NCBI GenBank assembly: GCA_030754595.1
Contig: JASLZZ010000077.1
Span: 33,701-97,700 of the forward strand
Direction: 5' to 3'
DNA length: 64,000 nucleotides
Source: Nitrospinota bacterium
GTDB taxonomy: Bacteria; UBA8248
The position numbers and the translations under genes were made by a program. Of this stretch, positions 47,697 to 57,935 are shown piece by piece; the stretch's first letter is position 1; the number at the start of each line of letters is the position of its first letter. The notes below the pieces were generated by a model that saw only the letters and a list, made by a program, of their open reading frames with translations, ran no database searches and was not told where the DNA came from.

Positions 47697-48764
47697 GTGA
47701 GGGAATTTCCTGAAAACCACGAAGGGCGGCAAATAATCGTTGCCCCCAACTGGATCGGCGATGCGGCGATGGCCGCACCTTTTTTTGCCTCCCTGCGCGC
47801 CGCATTCCCCGGCGATCGGATCGAGGCGCTGGCCGCTCCCTGGGCCGCGGGAATTTTGGACACCTTTCCTTGGTTGGATGCGGTCCTCCGGACGGAGGGC
47901 GGAAAGTGGCGGAGTTTTTTTTTGGCCCGTTCGAAGACCCGGAGAAATGGAATTAAAGCCCTCTGGCTCCTTCCCAATAGCTTTCGCTCGGCGCTTCTGG
48001 GGCGTTGGCTTGGCGCCCCCCGGAGGATTGGGTACGCCGCCGGGGGAAGAGGGTGGCTGCTGACGCATCCGGTCCCGCCGCCGCCCGATAAGCCGCCGCT
48101 CCATTTAGTTGATTATTATCTTGGGCTCCTTGAAGCGCAGGGAGTCACTCCGACTCGCCGGGTGGTCCGCCTGCCGGTGAGTCCGGAGGCGGCGGAGTTC
48201 GCGGAACGCCTGATCGGAGAGGAGACGGGCGGAGGGGAGATGCCGCTGATCGGACTTAATCCCGGCGCCTTTTTCGGAGCCTCGAAAACCTGGCCGGTTG
48301 AGTCATACGCCGCCCTGGCGCGGAGACTGGCGGCCGGTGGGCGCGTGCGTGTCCTTGTTCTCGGCGGGCCGAAGGAAGCGGACTTGGCGGGCCGGGTTTG
48401 CGCCGCGGCCGAGGGCGCCGCGATCAATTTGGCTGGGAAGGATTCGCTGCAAACCTTGCCGGGTCTTTTGGCGCGTTTGAGTGTTTTGGTCTCGGGCGAT
48501 ACCGGTCCGCTTCACATAGCGGCTCTCGTGGGGGTGAGGACTGTTTCTCTGTTCGGGCCGACCGACCCGCTACGGACAGCTCCCCTGGGGAAAGCGCACC
48601 GCCACCTTCGTCGCGAAATGGAGTGCAGTCCGTGTTTTGAGCGGGTGTGTCCGCTTGGGCACCATCGATGCATGAAGGAAATTTCCCCGGAGGAGGTTGC
48701 CGAAGAGGTGGAAGAGATTCTGGCGAACGCTCTCCCCGTCAGGCCTGCGGAGGCTCCAAAGTGA
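47697..48764 (+). CDS. waaF: ADP-heptose:LPS heptosyltransferase II-like (GT9)
   Basis: IIVAPNWIGDAAMAAP N-terminus and C-terminal SGDTGPLHIAAALG...LFGPT. Confidence 0.7.
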   Translation: MREFPENHEGRQIIVAPNWIGDAAMAAPFFASLRAAFPGDRIEALAAPWAAGILDTFPWLDAVLRTEGGKWRSFFLARSKTRRNGIKALWLLPNSFRSALLGRWLGAPRRIGYAAGGRGWLLTHPVPPPPDKPPLHLVDYYLGLLEAQGVTPTRRVVRLPVSPEAAEFAERLIGEETGGGEMPLIGLNPGAFFGASKTWPVESYAALARRLAAGGRVRVLVLGGPKEADLAGRVCAAAEGAAINLAGKDSLQTLPGLLARLSVLVSGDTGPLHIAALVGVRTVSLFGPTDPLRTAPLGKAHRHLRREMECSPCFERVCPLGHHRCMKEISPEEVAEEVEEILANALPVRPAEAPK

Positions 48765-49351
48765 GCGGGCGCGCGGCGATTTTTTTCGACCGGGACGGCG
48801 TTCTGAACCGCGATGCCGGGTATATCACTCACCTGGACGATTATAAGCTCTATCCCCGGTCGGCGGCGGCGGTGAGGTGCGTGAACGAAGCGGGACTGCT
48901 GGCGATTTTGGCGACGAATCAGGCGGGCGCGGCGCGGGGTTATTTTCCGGTGGAAATGATCGGGCGCGTTCACGAAAAGCTCGAAGCGGAGTTGGCGCGT
49001 CAGGGTGCTCACCTCGATGCCATCTATCTGTGTCCCTACCATCCAAGCTCCGATGACCCTGCCTTGGCCGTGGACTCGGACCTGAGAAAGCCCAAACCCG
49101 GCATGCTCCTCCAGGCCGCGAAGGATCACGGTGTCGACCTCGAGCGCTCCTATATGATCGGGGATAAATATTCCGATATGGAATGCGGATGGGTCGCGGG
49201 CTGCCGAGGCGCTTATGTGCTCACCGGTTATGGGCGCGGCTCGCGGGATCACTTCGGCGGCGGTTGGGCCCGCGAGCCGGACATCTGTGCCGAAGACGCC
49301 TATCATGCCGTCCAGTTGATTCTCGAGGAAAGGAATGAGGGGAAAAGATGA
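48761..49351 (+). CDS. gmhB: D-glycero-D-manno-heptose 1,7-bisphosphate phosphatase
   Basis: HAD motif I (AIFFDRDGVLN), C.YHP, RKPKPGML, and MIGDKYSD. GTGA overlap with waaF. Confidence 0.82.
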   Translation: MSGRAAIFFDRDGVLNRDAGYITHLDDYKLYPRSAAAVRCVNEAGLLAILATNQAGAARGYFPVEMIGRVHEKLEAELARQGAHLDAIYLCPYHPSSDDPALAVDSDLRKPKPGMLLQAAKDHGVDLERSYMIGDKYSDMECGWVAGCRGAYVLTGYGRGSRDHFGGGWAREPDICAEDAYHAVQLILEERNEGKR

Positions 49352-50340
49352 GTCAGTCCCTTCGCGAGTACGTCGAACGGTTTCCTTCGCTACGGGTAGC
49401 GGTGGTGGGCGACTATATCGCCGATGAATTTATCCACGGGGATACTTCCCGAATCAGCCGTGAGGCTCCGGTAATCGTTCTCGACTTCAACTCGCGGGAA
49501 ATTCTCCCCGGTGGCGGGGGAAACGCCGCCATGAACGCGGCCTCTCTCGGCGGGAAGGTTGCGGCCATCGGCGCCCTCGGTGCTGACGTGAACGGCGAGG
49601 CGCTGAGGCACGCCGCCGAAGCGGGCGGGGTCGAAGCCGGGAATCTTATTCTCGAGAAGGGGAGGTTCACCCCGACCAAGATGCGCATCATGGCCGGTGG
49701 GCGAAACACCAGCCGCCAGCAGGTGATTCGGATCGATCACGAACGCCAGCTGGAGGTGGTCGGAAAGCTTGAGGCCCGGATTCTCAGTGCGCTCGATGCG
49801 CTTCCGGGCGATGGTGTAAACGCATTGATCGTCTCCGACTACGGCCTGGGGGTAGTGACCGATGCTGTCCGGGAGGCCGCGGGCCGTCTGGCGCGGGAGA
49901 TGATCGTCACTGTGGATAGCCGCCACCGTGCCGACACATATGAGGGAATAACGGCGATCACTCCGAACGAGGAAGAGGTCGAGAGGCTTCTCGGCTACGT
50001 TCCCGAGGGGGATCGTTTGGGCGATGCGGGAGCGGCCCTGCTGGAGCGGACCGGGGCTCGCGCGGTGCTCATCACCCGTGGGAGTAAAGGGATGAGCGTA
50101 TTCGAAAGCGGCGGGACAAGGAAGGATATCCCCGTATTCGGGTCCGAGGAAGCCTCGGACGTAACGGGAGCGGGGGACACGGTAATTTCCGCGTTCACGC
50201 TCTCGCTGGCCGCCGGTGCGCCGCCGCCGGACGCGGCCGAAATCGCCAATCGGGCGGCGGGACTTGTTGTTATGAAACGGGGTACGGCGACGGTTTACCG
50301 CGATGAGCTTCTCGGGACTCTGGAGGGGGACCGGAGTTGA
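49348..50340 (+). CDS. hldA: D-beta-D-heptose 7-phosphate kinase (RfaE domain I as a separate gene; PfkB family)
   Basis: VVGDYIADEFIHG N-terminus and the ribokinase-type TGAGDTV motif. It lies immediately upstream of a stand-alone RfaE domain II gene. Confidence 0.75.
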   Translation: MSQSLREYVERFPSLRVAVVGDYIADEFIHGDTSRISREAPVIVLDFNSREILPGGGGNAAMNAASLGGKVAAIGALGADVNGEALRHAAEAGGVEAGNLILEKGRFTPTKMRIMAGGRNTSRQQVIRIDHERQLEVVGKLEARILSALDALPGDGVNALIVSDYGLGVVTDAVREAAGRLAREMIVTVDSRHRADTYEGITAITPNEEEVERLLGYVPEGDRLGDAGAALLERTGARAVLITRGSKGMSVFESGGTRKDIPVFGSEEASDVTGAGDTVISAFTLSLAAGAPPPDAAEIANRAAGLVVMKRGTATVYRDELLGTLEGDRS

Positions 50341-50840
50341 ACGATGGAATTGGCTCCTTCGGCGGAAAGCTTCTCACGGCGGATGAACTCGTGGAGGCGG
50401 TGGAGCGCGACAAGAAAGCCGGAAAACGTGTGATATTCACGAACGGCTGCTTTGACTTGATCCACGCCGGCCACGTGCGCTATCTCCGCGAGGCGAGCGC
50501 TTTGGGCGATGTCCTGATTCTCGCCGTGAATTCAGATGAGTCGGCCCGGCGGCTCAAGGGAGAGGGAAGGCCCTACACCGCCCAGGACGAGCGTCTTGAG
50601 ATCCTCTCCGCCCTTGAGATGGTGGACTACCTTGTTTTGTTCGATGAAGACAATGTTTCGAGTCTCCTCCTTGTGTTGAAGCCCCATGTCCATGCAAAAG
50701 GAACCGACTACACCGCCGAAACCGTTCCGGAGCGCGAGACGGTGAAAAGTTATGGCGGGGAAGTGGCCATCTGCGGTGATCCCAAAGACCATTCTTCAAC
50801 GGAAATCGGATCGCGCACAGGCCCGCCCGAAGCAAGATGA
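50337..50840 (+). CDS. hldC: D-beta-D-heptose 1-phosphate adenylyltransferase (RfaE domain II as a separate gene)
   Basis: Cytidylyltransferase motif FTNGCFDLIHAGHVRYL. 167 aa. TTGA overlap with the kinase gene. Confidence 0.78.
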   Translation: MNDGIGSFGGKLLTADELVEAVERDKKAGKRVIFTNGCFDLIHAGHVRYLREASALGDVLILAVNSDESARRLKGEGRPYTAQDERLEILSALEMVDYLVLFDEDNVSSLLLVLKPHVHAKGTDYTAETVPERETVKSYGGEVAICGDPKDHSSTEIGSRTGPPEAR

Positions 50841-51898
50841 CCGATCGGTTCCTCCTCGTGCGTCTCGGCGCCGTTGGAGACGTCATTCATACCCTTCCGC
50901 TGGCCGGTGCGGTCCGGGACGCTTTTCCGTCGTCCAAGATCTTCTGGGCGGTAGCGCCGGGGCCGAGCGTACTTCTCGAGGAAAACCCCGATATTGATCA
51001 GGTGGTTGTTGTGGATTCGAAATCCTGGAGAGGGAGGGGTCTCCTGGGAATCCCTTCGGAACTCCGTCGGACTTTCGATCTTCTCAATAGTCCAGGGGCC
51101 GACGTCGCCATCGATGCGCAGGGTTTGATTAAAAGCGGGGTAATTTCCTGGGCTTCGGGCGCGAGGATGCGAATCGGTTTCGAGCAACGCGCTTGCCGGG
51201 AAGGGCTGAACGTCGTTTTTACGACTCATCGGGCGAGGGCTATCGAGGGCCCTCACCATGTCATCGAAAAAAATCTTTCCCTGCTCGGCCCCCTCGGTGT
51301 ATCCCGGCCGCTGGACGGCGAGATTCGTTTTCCGCTACCCGAGCGGGCCGGTGAAGGGGAAGAGGCGGAATCCTGGCTTCGCCGGGAGGGTTTGCTGTCC
51401 GGCCACCCGCTTCTGATCATGCATCCTGGCGCGGGATGGGAGACGAAGCGATGGGAAGCCGGACGCTATGCCGCCCTCGGCGACGCATGGGCGAGGATTT
51501 CGGCCGGTCGCACCCTGCTGACCTGGGGGCCCGGAGAGGAAGAAGAGGCCCAGGTGGTGGCGGAGGCCATGCAAACCCGCGCCGCCCTGGCCCCTCCGAC
51601 CGGCATCCGTCAACTCATGGCACTGATTCGGCGGGCGGATGTCTTTGCCGGGGGCGATACGGGACCGCTCCATCTGGCGGCGGCCCTTGGGGTGAAGTGC
51701 CTGGCACTGTTTGGACCGACCGAACCCTGGCGCAATGGCCCTTGGGGAGCGGGGCATGCCGTTCTTCACCACCGCCTTGCCTGTAGTGGTTGCTATGGCA
51801 GGACCTGCCCGGACATTGAGTGCCTTGACCTTATTGGTGCGGATAAAGCAATACTGGCTATTCGGAATCTGTGGAATACCCATGAAAAATCCCGCTAA
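50837..51898 (+). CDS. waaC: ADP-heptose:LPS heptosyltransferase I-like (GT9)
   Basis: LLVRLGAVGDVIHTLP N-terminus (WaaC-like GDV.HTLP) and C-terminal GGDTGPLHLAAALG...LFGPT. Confidence 0.7.
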   Translation: MTDRFLLVRLGAVGDVIHTLPLAGAVRDAFPSSKIFWAVAPGPSVLLEENPDIDQVVVVDSKSWRGRGLLGIPSELRRTFDLLNSPGADVAIDAQGLIKSGVISWASGARMRIGFEQRACREGLNVVFTTHRARAIEGPHHVIEKNLSLLGPLGVSRPLDGEIRFPLPERAGEGEEAESWLRREGLLSGHPLLIMHPGAGWETKRWEAGRYAALGDAWARISAGRTLLTWGPGEEEEAQVVAEAMQTRAALAPPTGIRQLMALIRRADVFAGGDTGPLHLAAALGVKCLALFGPTEPWRNGPWGAGHAVLHHRLACSGCYGRTCPDIECLDLIGADKAILAIRNLWNTHEKSR

Positions 51899-51925
51899 GT
51901 ATGCGAAAATAAACGGAGTTTTTAA

Positions 51926-52873
51926 ATGGATCGATTTTTAGTGACCGGCGCCGCCGGGTTTATCGGTTCACATCTGTGCGAGCGCTTGCTCGGTGATGGA
52001 GCCCGGGTCGTCGGCGTGGATCGGTTTTCAACCTTTTACGAGAGAGAGGACAAGGAGGCGAATCTTCAGGCGCTTCGGGATACGGACGGGTTTGATTTCA
52101 TCGAGATGGATTTGAGCAAGGATTCGCTCGAGGAAATCGTGTCCAAGGTGGACGGCGTTTTTCATCTGGCGGCCCAGGCCGGTGTCCGCGATAGCTGGGG
52201 GAAGGCTTTTTCGGTTTACCTCGATGACAACAGCCTTGCGACCCAGCGGCTTTTAGAAGCTTGCCGGGACCGGAAGCACAAGGCTTTTGTTTATGCTTCC
52301 TCCTCGTCAATCTACGGAGACGCGCTTGAGGGGCCGACTAAAGAGGAGGCCGTTCCAAGACCGGTATCGCCCTACGGTGTATCCAAACTGGCCGGAGAGC
52401 ACCTTTGCTATCTGTATTACAGGAATTTCGGAGTCCGTACGGTGTCCCTCCGCTACTTCACCGTATATGGCCCTCGCCAGCGGCCGGATATGGCGTTTCG
52501 CCGGTTTCTCACGGCGGGAATCGAGGGGAAGCCGATCTCGGTATACGGTGACGGGGAGCAGAGCCGGGATTTCACCTTCGTGGGCGATGCCGCCGAAGGG
52601 AATTATCAGGCCATGATGAAGGGGAAGGCCGGGTCAGTTTACAATATCGGAGGGGGGCACCGGGCTACGTTGAATGAAGTTATTTCCCTGATGGGCGAGA
52701 TTCAGGGCGCCCCGCTCGAAGAGATTCGAGAGCATGTCCAGAAAGGGGACGTTCGCCACACTTGGGCGGATACCTCTCTGGCGAGAGCGGAAATTGGATT
52801 TCAGCCGAAAACGAAATTGAGCGAAGGTCTCAAGGCCGAGCATGAATGGCTCTTAGGGAGAATAAAGAGATGA
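51926..52873 (+). CDS. NAD-dependent epimerase/dehydratase (extended SDR); substrate not assignable by eye
   Basis: TGAAGFIGSHL Rossmann motif and the YGVSK catalytic YxxxK. Confidence 0.8.
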   Translation: MDRFLVTGAAGFIGSHLCERLLGDGARVVGVDRFSTFYEREDKEANLQALRDTDGFDFIEMDLSKDSLEEIVSKVDGVFHLAAQAGVRDSWGKAFSVYLDDNSLATQRLLEACRDRKHKAFVYASSSSIYGDALEGPTKEEAVPRPVSPYGVSKLAGEHLCYLYYRNFGVRTVSLRYFTVYGPRQRPDMAFRRFLTAGIEGKPISVYGDGEQSRDFTFVGDAAEGNYQAMMKGKAGSVYNIGGGHRATLNEVISLMGEIQGAPLEEIREHVQKGDVRHTWADTSLARAEIGFQPKTKLSEGLKAEHEWLLGRIKR

Positions 52874-53067
52874 CCATCGATAAGGAGTTGCTTGAAATTC
52901 TTGCGTGTCCCGTGAGCAAGAAGCCTCTGGAGCTTAGTGAAGACGGGAATTTCCTCATCTGCAAGGATTCGAAGCTTGTCTATCGGATTCAGGACGATAT
53001 TCCCATCATGTTGGTGGATGAGGCCATACCGCTAGATGAGTGGGAAAAGAGCCAGGAGAAAGGCTAG
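52870..53067 (+). CDS. Trm112/YcaR-like small protein (DUF343)
   Basis: LLEILACPVSKKPL....L.C......YRIQDDIPIMLVDEA pattern. 65 aa. ATGA overlap with the epimerase gene. Confidence 0.75.
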   Translation: MTIDKELLEILACPVSKKPLELSEDGNFLICKDSKLVYRIQDDIPIMLVDEAIPLDEWEKSQEKG

Positions 53068-53889
53068 GTGACCCCGGAGGTGGCCGAGTGCCGAGGCGAC
53101 CCGGCGGTGGGCCCGGAGGCTGGAGCGAAGCGCCAGCCTGTAAGCGTAGCCATCGTCGCGAAGAACGAGGCCGCCCGAATCGGGGCTTGCCTCGACAGCG
53201 TGGCTTGGGCGGATGAAGTCATCGTCATCGACGGCGAAAGTGAGGACGGAACGCAGGCCATCTGCCGCGGACGCGGCGCAACGGTCCTCGAGGCTCCCTG
53301 GATGGGCTACTCGGCCCAGAAAAACACGGCGCTCGAAAAGACGAGCCATCCCTGGATACTGAGTCTCGATGCGGATGAGGTTGTCACCGGGGCTCTTCGG
53401 GAGGAGATTTTAAAGGTCCTCAACGGCAATGGGCCGGCCGATGGCTACCGCCTCCCCCGTAAAAACATATTTTTCGGAAAATGGCTTCGCCACGGGGACC
53501 ACTGGCCGGACCACCAGGTCCGTCTTTTTCGAAGGGAACTGGGCCGTTTCAATGAAAAGCAGGTTCACGAATCGGTGGACGTAAATGGAGAAGTGGCCTC
53601 TCTCGCCGAGCCCCTCGAACATCACAGCTATAGCGATATCGGCGAATTTTTTGACCGGCAGATGCGCTATGCCGTGCTGGCGGCCGAGGAACTCCACTCG
53701 AAGGGACGCAAACCCGGCGCCGCCGATTTTGTCGTTCGCCCGATTTGGCGATTTATGAAGGGATATTTTCTCAAGGGCGGCTGGCGGGATGGACGCGAAG
53801 GATTCATCGTCTCGGCCGGTTATGCCTACTATGTTTTTATGCGGTCCGCCTTCCTCTGGGAGAGGCGCCGAGGGCGTGAAACCACTTAA
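53068..53889 (+). CDS. Family 2 glycosyltransferase (LPS core, WaaE/KdtX-like)
   Basis: VSVAIVAKNEA..I..CL.S......EVIVIDGESEDGT and LSLDADE (DxD). Confidence 0.8.
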   Translation: MTPEVAECRGDPAVGPEAGAKRQPVSVAIVAKNEAARIGACLDSVAWADEVIVIDGESEDGTQAICRGRGATVLEAPWMGYSAQKNTALEKTSHPWILSLDADEVVTGALREEILKVLNGNGPADGYRLPRKNIFFGKWLRHGDHWPDHQVRLFRRELGRFNEKQVHESVDVNGEVASLAEPLEHHSYSDIGEFFDRQMRYAVLAAEELHSKGRKPGAADFVVRPIWRFMKGYFLKGGWRDGREGFIVSAGYAYYVFMRSAFLWERRRGRETT

Positions 53890-54985
53890 CATTCTCCATA
53901 CGGAGGCCTCTCCCGGCTTGGGGGGGCAGGAAAAACGCATCCTCCTCGAGGCGGCCTTCCTCCGAAAAAGAGGGCACCGTGTCCTCGTTGTGGGTCAACC
54001 CGAGAGTCTGATTGGACGGGAAGCGGGGCAAAGCGGCGTACCCTATCGAAGTGTGCGAATGAGAACCAGTTGGGATCCGGTGGCTTTCGCGCGGCTCCTA
54101 TCCCTGATTCGGGAAATCCGCCCCGACGTCATACACACGCATTCCAGCAAGGACAGCTGGCTGGCCGGGCTGGTGGGCCGGTTGCTGGGTGTCCCGGTCG
54201 TCAGGACACGTCATGTATCGATCCCTGTCAGTGGTCATCCTTTCAATTGGGCTTATCGCCTTCCGAGCCGGATAATGACGACGGCGGATCTCACTCGCCG
54301 GATGCTGGCCGAAGCCGGTTTATGCGAGTTTTCGAAGGTTTCCGTACTTCCCACGGGCGTGGATATTTCCCGGTTTAACGGGGAAGTCTCCGGCGCTTCT
54401 TTTCGAGCGGAATTCGGCGTGCCCGACGGAATCCCGGTGGTGGGGCTTGTCGCCAACCTTAGAAAGAGTAAAGGGGTGGAGCATTTTCTGGCCGCGGCCC
54501 GGCTTGTCAAAGAAGAAGGAAACGCCACCCGATTTTTTGTCGTCGGAGAGGGGCACTGGGGGGAAATCTTCCAGGAGCAGGCGAAGCAGCTCGGACTGGC
54601 GGACGGCACAGTCACCTTTACCGGCTACCGTGAAGATATCCCCGAGGTCATGGCCGCTCTCGATCTTTTGGTGATCGCCTCGACGCGGACGGAGGGAATA
54701 CCCCAGGTGGCTCTTCAGGCGATGGCCATGGGAGTGGCCATTGTCGGTACCGATATCGGCGGTATCCCGGAGGCGATACTCCCGGCGGGAGCGGGGATAG
54801 TTGTTCCTCCGGGAGATCCGGACGCTATGGCCGGCGCTGTGAGGGAATTAATCCGGGAGCCTGGCCGGTTCGAACAAATGGGCGCTTCGGGAAGATCGTT
54901 CGTTGGGGAACACCACACAATTGAAAAAATGCTGGACGAGACGGAGCAAATATATAAAGAGGTGGTATCGGAGTGCGCCAACTGA
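53876..54985 (+). CDS. Family 4 (GT-B) glycosyltransferase
   Basis: LNILHTEASPGLGGQE N-terminus and an E..G....EAMA-type C-terminal motif (TEGIPQVALQAMAMGVAIV). GTG 53876 is preferred. Confidence 0.8.
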   Translation: MKPLNILHTEASPGLGGQEKRILLEAAFLRKRGHRVLVVGQPESLIGREAGQSGVPYRSVRMRTSWDPVAFARLLSLIREIRPDVIHTHSSKDSWLAGLVGRLLGVPVVRTRHVSIPVSGHPFNWAYRLPSRIMTTADLTRRMLAEAGLCEFSKVSVLPTGVDISRFNGEVSGASFRAEFGVPDGIPVVGLVANLRKSKGVEHFLAAARLVKEEGNATRFFVVGEGHWGEIFQEQAKQLGLADGTVTFTGYREDIPEVMAALDLLVIASTRTEGIPQVALQAMAMGVAIVGTDIGGIPEAILPAGAGIVVPPGDPDAMAGAVRELIREPGRFEQMGASGRSFVGEHHTIEKMLDETEQIYKEVVSECAN

Positions 54986-56133
54986 AAATCATCCAGGTTA
55001 TCAGCAGTCCGTGGTGGACGGGTCCGGCCGAGCCCGTTCTTTTCCTGACCGATGCCCTGGGAAAGCGGGGACACAACATGCATTTTGTTTGCGTGGGCGG
55101 TGATGCGCTTGAAGCGCAGGCCGAGGCGGCCGGCTACCCACGGATCGAGGATGTGGACCCCACACGGAGCCTGAGCCCCGCGCGGATTTGGGGCTCCGTC
55201 GGGGCCTTGGCCCGTCTCATCGATAAGGTCGGCGCCGATATCGTTCACTGTCATCTTTCGGCCGACCACTGGCTGAGTTACTTCGCCATTCAAAGAGCAA
55301 AAGGCCGGCCCCGCCTTGTACGAACGGTTCACAACCCTCGGGCGGCGAAAGCGAACATCTTCAACAAATACCTTTTTAACCGTTCGACGGACGGCGTTAT
55401 CGGCGTGAACAGCCATATCGCCGGAATCCTGAAAAACCAGTTGCAGGTTCCAGCCGGCCGGCTCCACATGGTCCGGGGCGGGGTGGATATTGAGCGCTTC
55501 CGACCGGCCTCGATTGAATCCCGCGTTAATGGGCGGGATTTCCTGAAGCTTCCCACCAAGGCGACCCTCATAGGGATTGTCTCCCGCCTGGCCTCGGACC
55601 GGGGATACATAACCCTTATCGAAGCGTTCCGCCTTCTCGCCGTGGAGGTGCCCGGGGTTCACCTTGTGATCGTCGGAAAGGGAGAATATCTCCCGGCTAT
55701 TCAGGAGCGTGTTGGCTCATTGGGCCTGAACGAGCGGGTGCATTTCCCCGGTTATATCGAGGAGGAACTCCCCGAGGTGCTCGCGGGGCTCGACATCTTC
55801 ACCCTGCTCGCCCCGGGGTCGGAAGGGACCTGCCGGGCCCTGCTCGAGGCGATGGCGATGGGAATTCCCTGCGTTGTGACCTCGCATAATGGTCTCGACG
55901 AGGTGGTCCGCGATGTCGTGACATCCTATGTCGTGCCGCCGAATAATCCCGGCGCTCTGTCGGCCGCGTTCAAGAGCCTTGTCACCGACAAGGGCAAGCG
56001 CATTCAGTTCGGCCGTGCCGGGCGGCAACGGGTGGAGCGGCACTTCTATAACGGATATCGGGGCGAGATGGTCGAAAATGTTTATGCCCAGGTTCTGGGG
56101 ATATCACAGTCGCCCAAGGAGATGCGGCGGTGA
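54973..56133 (+). CDS. Family 4 (GT-B) glycosyltransferase
   Basis: C-terminal SEGTCRALLEAMAMGIPCVVT motif in GT-B layout. Confidence 0.8.
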   Translation: MRQLKIIQVISSPWWTGPAEPVLFLTDALGKRGHNMHFVCVGGDALEAQAEAAGYPRIEDVDPTRSLSPARIWGSVGALARLIDKVGADIVHCHLSADHWLSYFAIQRAKGRPRLVRTVHNPRAAKANIFNKYLFNRSTDGVIGVNSHIAGILKNQLQVPAGRLHMVRGGVDIERFRPASIESRVNGRDFLKLPTKATLIGIVSRLASDRGYITLIEAFRLLAVEVPGVHLVIVGKGEYLPAIQERVGSLGLNERVHFPGYIEEELPEVLAGLDIFTLLAPGSEGTCRALLEAMAMGIPCVVTSHNGLDEVVRDVVTSYVVPPNNPGALSAAFKSLVTDKGKRIQFGRAGRQRVERHFYNGYRGEMVENVYAQVLGISQSPKEMRR

Positions 56134-57935
56134 GCCAGCTTCAGACCTACCGCCGTATTCTCGAATACCTGAAGCCCTACCGCGCGCGGTTTGCGGCTGC
56201 TGTCGCGTGCACTCTTTTCGTCGGTGCGTTCAACGCCGTTCCCGCGCTCCTGGTCCGCTATGCGGTGGACGATGTTCTCATCGCCAGGGACATTTCGGTG
56301 GCCTATCTCCTTTCGGTGGGTTTGGCCGGAATCTACGCCTTAAAGGGCGTTCTCGCCTATTGCCAGAACTACTTCATGTACTGGGTGGGTCAGCGGGTGG
56401 TGATGGATATCCGGAACGGGCTCCACCGGCATCTTCTCGGTCTTCCCATGAGTTTCTTCGATGACAAATCGACCGGGGAGTTGATGGCCAAGGTCACATA
56501 CGACATCACGTTGATGCAAAAGGCGGCCTCGAGCGCGGTTCGCGATTTGGGCCGTCATCTTTTCACCTTCCTGGGGCTTTTGGCCGTGGCCATTTATCAG
56601 AATCCTAAGATGGCCCTTATCTTCATCGTCATTGTTCCGCCCGTGGGCGCCCTCATCGCCGTGTTCGGCGAAAAAATTCGCCGTGTCACCCGCTCCACAC
56701 AAAGGAAGATGGGCGATATCAGCGCCCAGATGAAGGAAACTTACGTGGGAATCCGGGTGGTCAAGGCGTTCGGAGCCGAGGCGATCGAGGAGGCCCGGTT
56801 CAGCCGAGCCAATCTTTCGTTTTTCCGGCGCGTCATGAAAGCCATGCGGATCCGTGCGATGACGCCGCCTATCGTCGAGACCATTGGGGGCGTTTTGGGG
56901 GGGCTGGTCCTCTGGCTTGGCGCGGGGATGGTCATTCGGGGGGAGATGACGCCAGGGCAGCTTTCGAGCTTTCTCGTGGCGGTCGGGATGATATACAGCC
57001 CGATTAAATCTCTCTCGCGGGTGTACCACACCCTGGTGGAAGGGGTCGCCGGGGGGCAATCGGTCTTCGAGTTAATGGACAGCCATGCGGCCGAGGACCT
57101 CAACTCCGGCGGACGGGAGATGAAATCCCTTTCGTGGGGGATCCGCTTCTCGGACGTGGGTTTCGACTACGGCGACGGAGCCGTTCTGAAAAAATTGAAT
57201 TTCGAGGTGCCCGCCGGCGGGGTGTTCGCCCTGGTGGGTCTGAGCGGCGCGGGGAAAACCACCCTTCTCGACCTGATACCCCGCTTTTATGCGCCAACGA
57301 ATGGAAATATTGCTTTCGATGGCGTGGACGGCGCCGAGTTCGACCTCAAAAGCCTGCGCTCCGGAATCGGGGTGGTGGGCCAACAGGTGATTCTCTTTGA
57401 CGATACGGTGGTCGGAAATATCGCCTATGGAGCCGGTGAAACCGCACCCCGCGAGAGTATCGAGAACGCCGCCCGGGCCGCGAACGCTCATACTTTTATC
57501 GAGGCGTTGCCCGATGGCTACGATACGATGCTCGGGGAGGACGGTGTGCGCCTCTCGGGCGGTGAGCGGCAACGAATCGCCATCGCCCGCGCGATTCTTC
57601 AGGACCCGCCGATTTTGCTGCTGGATGAGGCTACGAGCGCACTCGACGCCGAGAGCGAAAAAATCATTCAGGAGGCGCTGGATCGTCTGATGAAGGGGCG
57701 AACCACAATCGTTGTCGCCCATCGTCTCGCCACCGTCCGAGGGGCCGGTGAAATCGCCGTTCTCGAAGAAGGACGCATGGTGGAGCGGGGGAGCCACGAG
57801 GAATTGATGGCGGCCGGGGGAACCTACCGCAGGCTCTGCGAGATGCAGTTTGCCGCCGACAAGGACGAGCCGCCATCCCCGAAGGAGGCGGGAGCTGAGT
57901 CCGTTTCCCTCAAAGAGCCGGAACCGACTTCATGA
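56130..57935 (+). CDS. msbA: Lipid A export ATP-binding/permease protein MsbA-like ABC exporter
   Basis: 6-TM exporter domain plus an NBD (GLSGAGKTTL, LSGGERQRIAIARA, LLLDEATSALD), embedded in an LPS core gene cluster. Confidence 0.8.
   Translation: MSQLQTYRRILEYLKPYRARFAAAVACTLFVGAFNAVPALLVRYAVDDVLIARDISVAYLLSVGLAGIYALKGVLAYCQNYFMYWVGQRVVMDIRNGLHRHLLGLPMSFFDDKSTGELMAKVTYDITLMQKAASSAVRDLGRHLFTFLGLLAVAIYQNPKMALIFIVIVPPVGALIAVFGEKIRRVTRSTQRKMGDISAQMKETYVGIRVVKAFGAEAIEEARFSRANLSFFRRVMKAMRIRAMTPPIVETIGGVLGGLVLWLGAGMVIRGEMTPGQLSSFLVAVGMIYSPIKSLSRVYHTLVEGVAGGQSVFELMDSHAAEDLNSGGREMKSLSWGIRFSDVGFDYGDGAVLKKLNFEVPAGGVFALVGLSGAGKTTLLDLIPRFYAPTNGNIAFDGVDGAEFDLKSLRSGIGVVGQQVILFDDTVVGNIAYGAGETAPRESIENAARAANAHTFIEALPDGYDTMLGEDGVRLSGGERQRIAIARAILQDPPILLLDEATSALDAESEKIIQEALDRLMKGRTTIVVAHRLATVRGAGEIAVLEEGRMVERGSHEELMAAGGTYRRLCEMQFAADKDEPPSPKEAGAESVSLKEPEPTS

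Noticed and set aside
47915-47923. T9 homopolymer inside waaF as a slipped-strand phase-variation switch for LPS.
   Set aside because: It encodes Ser-Phe-Phe-Leu in a hydrophobic context, and a similar T8 run encodes FFF in the skp signal peptide (36144-36151). A tract of 9 is short for efficient slippage, and there is no evidence of length heterogeneity.
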